From an uncultured Gemmatimonadales bacterium (GTDB lineage Bacteria; Gemmatimonadota; Gemmatimonadetes; Gemmatimonadales; GWC2-71-9), in the NCBI GenBank assembly GCA_963748815.1, contig CAVVKJ010000011.1:32001-96000 (forward strand): DNA of 64,000 nt, given 5' to 3'. The translations under genes and the position numbers were made by a program. Under the pieces are notes generated by a model that worked only from the letters and a program-made list of their open reading frames with translations, was not told the DNA's origin and did not search any database. Positions 61,044-64,000 of the stretch are shown in pieces (the stretch's first letter is position 1; every line of letters starts with the position of its first letter).

Positions 61044-61841
61044 CTACAGATCCGCCCGTATAGCCCACAAGTCTGGAAAGAGCGGACGATTCAAGGTCCG
61101 CAGCAGATATTCCGCCCCGTCCGACCCTCCTGTCCCCCGCTTCGTCCCGATGGTGCGCTGCACCATCTTCACGTGGCGGTATCGCCATTCCTGCACACCC
61201 TCGTCCAGGTCGACCAGCCGCTCGCAGACCTGCGCCGCCAGGCCACCCTTGCGGTACACCGCCACCAGCGCCGACTGCACGCCGGCCGATGCCACGATCG
61301 GCTGCGTGACGTCCCGCGTCTGGGCCTCGGCGGGAATGCCGGCGCCCTCGCGCGCAAGGTAGGCAAGGAATCCATCCCACAGCGTCGTGGCGGCGAAGCG
61401 CCGCTCCAGCAGCGCGCGGTGCGCCGAACCGGCGGGATAGCGCTCCAGGGCGGCGGGCTGCTTGTGCCCCAGCGCAAACTCGAATTCCCGGAACTGGAAC
61501 GACTGGAAGCCGCTGCCCGACTCGAGCCGGTCGCGGAAGGAGAGAAACTCCAGCGGCGTCATCGTTTCCAGCACGTCAATCTGGGAGACCAGCACCTTCA
61601 GGATGGTGAGGATGCGCTTGAGGGCGCCGAGCGCGGCCAGTCCGTCGCCGGTCTCGAGCAGCCGCTGCAGACGCCCGACTTCGTGGAGAATCTGCTTGAA
61701 CCAGAGCTCGTAGACCTGGTGAATGACGATGAAGAGCATCTCGTCGTGTTCGGGCCCGTCGCTCAACGGCTGCTGCAGTTCCAGGAGTTCATCCACCTTG
61801 AGATAGGTGGCGTAGGTGAGCGGTGTGGCGGATCGGCTCAA
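61044..61841 (-). CDS. kynA: Tryptophan 2,3-dioxygenase
   Basis: TY..YL..D.LL..Q, HDEMLFI.IHQ.YELWFK, SGFQS.QFR, WR.RH...V.R.IG.K.GTGGS.G..YL. Confidence 0.95.
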   Translation of the reverse strand: MSRSATPLTYATYLKVDELLELQQPLSDGPEHDEMLFIVIHQVYELWFKQILHEVGRLQRLLETGDGLAALGALKRILTILKVLVSQIDVLETMTPLEFLSFRDRLESGSGFQSFQFREFEFALGHKQPAALERYPAGSAHRALLERRFAATTLWDGFLAYLAREGAGIPAEAQTRDVTQPIVASAGVQSALVAVYRKGGLAAQVCERLVDLDEGVQEWRYRHVKMVQRTIGTKRGTGGSDGAEYLLRTLNRPLFPDLWAIRADL

Positions 61842-62479
61842 AAGGGTTCCTGCCTGGTGGGGGGCGCGTTGACGGCCGGATCGGGGCGGAACATCGTGTC
61901 CACCAGGACGCGCGGCTTGACGCTCTGCCCCGGGAGCATCGACATCCCCGGCTTGCAGGGGCGCGCATTGCGCACGGTCCAGCCGCTCGGCGCGCCGGCG
62001 GAGTCGAAGCGGACGTCGCCCCGCTGCAGCAGCGCCACCCGCCGGACGCCGATCGGCGTGGCCAGCTCGACCCGGCCATTCAGTTCGTACTTGACCGTGA
62101 GGTAGTCGTCGCCCTTGGCGTGCACCCGGGGTTCATCTTCTCGGGGGATATGGAGGACTACGGTGACGTCCACCGAGTCCCGCATCTTCATCGTGAAGCC
62201 CCTGGGGCTCTGGAGCACGCCGACGGGCGCACCGTCCACCAACAGCTGGCCGTCGATGGTCAGCCCGTCCAGGTTGAAGTCGTTCAGGTTGCAGCCGGTG
62301 AGGATGACCTGGAGGGTGTCCGCGGGGGAGCCGCGGAACGTCGTGCGGACCCCGCTCAGCGCGAAGGTCGGATCCGAGTAGAGCCACCCGCCGAGGGGCG
62401 TACAGGCGACGACACCGAGCCCCAGCAACAGGAGACCGGTGACGATGGCCGTCGGTGACGCGAGCGGGCGAATCCGCAT
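61838..62479 (-). CDS. Hypothetical lipoprotein, LEA_2/WHy-like
   Basis: VVAC lipobox; N.NDF.L.......L.VDG..VG pattern; GGAG RBS. Confidence 0.6.
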   Translation of the reverse strand: MRIRPLASPTAIVTGLLLLGLGVVACTPLGGWLYSDPTFALSGVRTTFRGSPADTLQVILTGCNLNDFNLDGLTIDGQLLVDGAPVGVLQSPRGFTMKMRDSVDVTVVLHIPREDEPRVHAKGDDYLTVKYELNGRVELATPIGVRRVALLQRGDVRFDSAGAPSGWTVRNARPCKPGMSMLPGQSVKPRVLVDTMFRPDPAVNAPPTRQEPF

Positions 62480-62504
62480 GGGTGCTGGTGACTCCTGACG
62501 ATGC

Positions 62505-63596
62505 TCACGGCGACTCACCCCGCGCCTCGCGCGCGAGCAGAGCCCGCTTCCGGTCTTCTCCCCATCGATATCCACCGCCCGATCCGTCGGCCCGCACCAC
62601 CCGGTGGCAGGGAATGACGACCGCGACCGGATTGGCGGCGCAGGCGCTGCCCACCGCGCGGGCCGCCCCGGGGTGACCGGCCGCCTGCGCCACCTCCGCG
62701 TAGGTGCGGGTTTCCCCGTACGGAATCTCACGCAGGCTCTTCCACACCGCCCGGGCAAATGGGGTGCCCCCGATGTCCAGCGGCACCCGGCCCAGCGGCG
62801 CACCCGCTGCCAGATAGTCGCGCAAGCTGGCGGCCAATCGGGCCAGCGCGCGGTCATCGCGCCGCAACTCCGCCTTCGGAAACTCTTTCGCCAGCGCCCG
62901 GCCCAACGCCGCTTCGTCCTTGCCGAACCAGGCCGCACAGAGCCCCCGGTCGGAGGCAGCCAGCAGCAGCGGGCCTGCGACCGTCTCGGTGACCGTGAAC
63001 CGAAGCGTGACCCCCTGGCCTCCCGCTCGATAGGATGCCGGGGTCATGCCGAGGGCATCGGCCCCCTGTTCATAGAGCTGGCGGCTGGAGCCGTAACCGG
63101 CGTCCCACCCGGCGCGGCTCACGGTCTGCCCCCGCCGCAACCCCGCCTTCAATCGTTCACGGCGGAGCGCCTGTGCGTAGGCCCGGGGACTGACCCCGAC
63201 CAACCGGGAGAAGTTGCGTTGCAAATGCGCCGGACTCAAGCCCGAGGCCTTGGCGAGCTCGGCCAGGGGGGGGACCTCCCCAGCCCGGTCTTCAATATAC
63301 GCCAAGGTCCGCCGGACCGCCTCATCCCCCGAACGGGGGGCGGTCCCGGCCACCGCCTGGTCGGGCTTGCACCGTCGGCAGGCCCGGAAGCCCGCCTCAG
63401 CGGCCGCGGAGGGGCTGCCGTAAAATGTTACGTTTTCACGGTTTGGCCGGCGCGACCCGCAGGAGGGGCGGCAGAACACCCCGGTCGTGCGAACGGCGTA
63501 GACGAACTGGCCGTCGAACGCCGCGTCGCGGGCGGCCACGGCGGCCCAGCGGGTGGCGTCACTGAGTCGGGCCCGGATGGCAGGTGAGTTGGTCAT
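62505..63596 (-). CDS. ada: Bifunctional Ada regulator / O6-methylguanine methyltransferase
   Basis: TTGVFCRPSC, GFRACRRC.P zinc site, AraC HTH, PCHRV. Confidence 0.95.
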   Translation of the reverse strand: MTNSPAIRARLSDATRWAAVAARDAAFDGQFVYAVRTTGVFCRPSCGSRRPNRENVTFYGSPSAAAEAGFRACRRCKPDQAVAGTAPRSGDEAVRRTLAYIEDRAGEVPPLAELAKASGLSPAHLQRNFSRLVGVSPRAYAQALRRERLKAGLRRGQTVSRAGWDAGYGSSRQLYEQGADALGMTPASYRAGGQGVTLRFTVTETVAGPLLLAASDRGLCAAWFGKDEAALGRALAKEFPKAELRRDDRALARLAASLRDYLAAGAPLGRVPLDIGGTPFARAVWKSLREIPYGETRTYAEVAQAAGHPGAARAVGSACAANPVAVVIPCHRVVRADGSGGGYRWGEDRKRALLAREARGESP

Positions 63597-63654
63597 GGCA
63601 ACAAGGTAGGCCGAGGGGCGGGACGGGGCTATCCGATTCATGTGATGAATCACA

Positions 63655-63720
63655 GGCGGGGCAGACGGGCAGCGGGGCAGCGAGGCAGTAACTGCCCTGC
63701 TGCCCCGCGGCCCCGCGGCC
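63655..63720. repeat. Inverted pair of degenerate GCGGGGCA 8-mer arrays
   Basis: GGCGGGGCAGACGGGCAGCGGGGCAG ... CTGCCCTGCTGCCCCGCGGCCCCGC. Confidence 0.65.
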
Positions 63721-63734
63721 CAATCCGCACCGTC

Positions 63735-64000
63735 CTACTTGAGGAAGAGGAGCTCCCGGTACGTCGGCATCGGCCAGAACTCATCGGCCACGTGGAGCTG
63801 CAGCTCGTCGGCGACGCTCCGGAGCTCCTGCATGGCGGGGATGACCTTCGCCTTGATCTGCTGGGCGTGCTTCATCGGCGACTCGGCGTGCGCCTGGGTC
63901 ACCTTGTCGAGCGCCACGGTCGCCTTCCGGAGCCGGCTCACCGCGCCGACGAAGGTCTGCAGCGCCACCCGTGAATCGCCGTCCTCGACCCCGGCGGCCT
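63735..64000 (-). CDS. Glutamine synthetase type III, C-terminal end (truncated by window)
   Basis: VIPAMQELR..ADEL...VAD..WPMPTYRELLF. Confidence 0.88.
   Translation of the reverse strand, partial: AAGVEDGDSRVALQTFVGAVSRLRKATVALDKVTQAHAESPMKHAQQIKAKVIPAMQELRSVADELQLHVADEFWPMPTYRELLFLK

Noticed and set aside
63625..63645. Possible Ada box upstream of ada
   Set aside because: Only a vague resemblance and a single instance; not supportable without comparative data

Overview
High-GC bacterial chromosome segment of about 80 CDSs. Protein families and gene neighbourhoods suggest Gemmatimonadota (inference; no marker gene in the window). Main blocks: (i) peptidase, transport and stress genes (DmpA, GltS, M24 peptidase, DEAD-box helicase, glutathione peroxidase, DDAH, cold-shock protein, YyaL, desaturase, MarR/nitroreductase/pirin); (ii) a complete nine-gene Thermus-order V/A-type ATPase operon (21334-29431, minus); (iii) an accessory region (33-44 kb) with a frameshifted secreted protein made of five propeptide-like repeats, and a clade II nitrous-oxide reductase cluster (cyt c-nosZ-nosB-nosL-nosD-nosF-nosY) with a divergent Rrf2 regulator and two paralogous His-containing membrane proteins; (iv) sahR-ahcY, lipoprotein and peptidoglycan-remodelling genes; (v) kynA and kynU split by an SPFH-Arc operon, then ada and the 3' end of a type III glutamine synthetase. 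The most striking unexplained structure is that the ~7.8-kb nos/Rrf2 module is bracketed by two diverged ~350-bp direct repeats, each a mosaic of an 8-mer G-rich tandem array, a perfect 22-bp palindrome and covarying REP-like hairpins. Intergenic DNA carries several REP-like families, several candidate operators and repeated leaderless-promoter signatures. At least 13 single-base frameshifts in otherwise intact genes (three in nosZ) most likely reflect long-read consensus errors. No rRNA, tRNA, CRISPR array, transposase or integrase was recognised. All family calls are motif recognition by eye; no database search was run.
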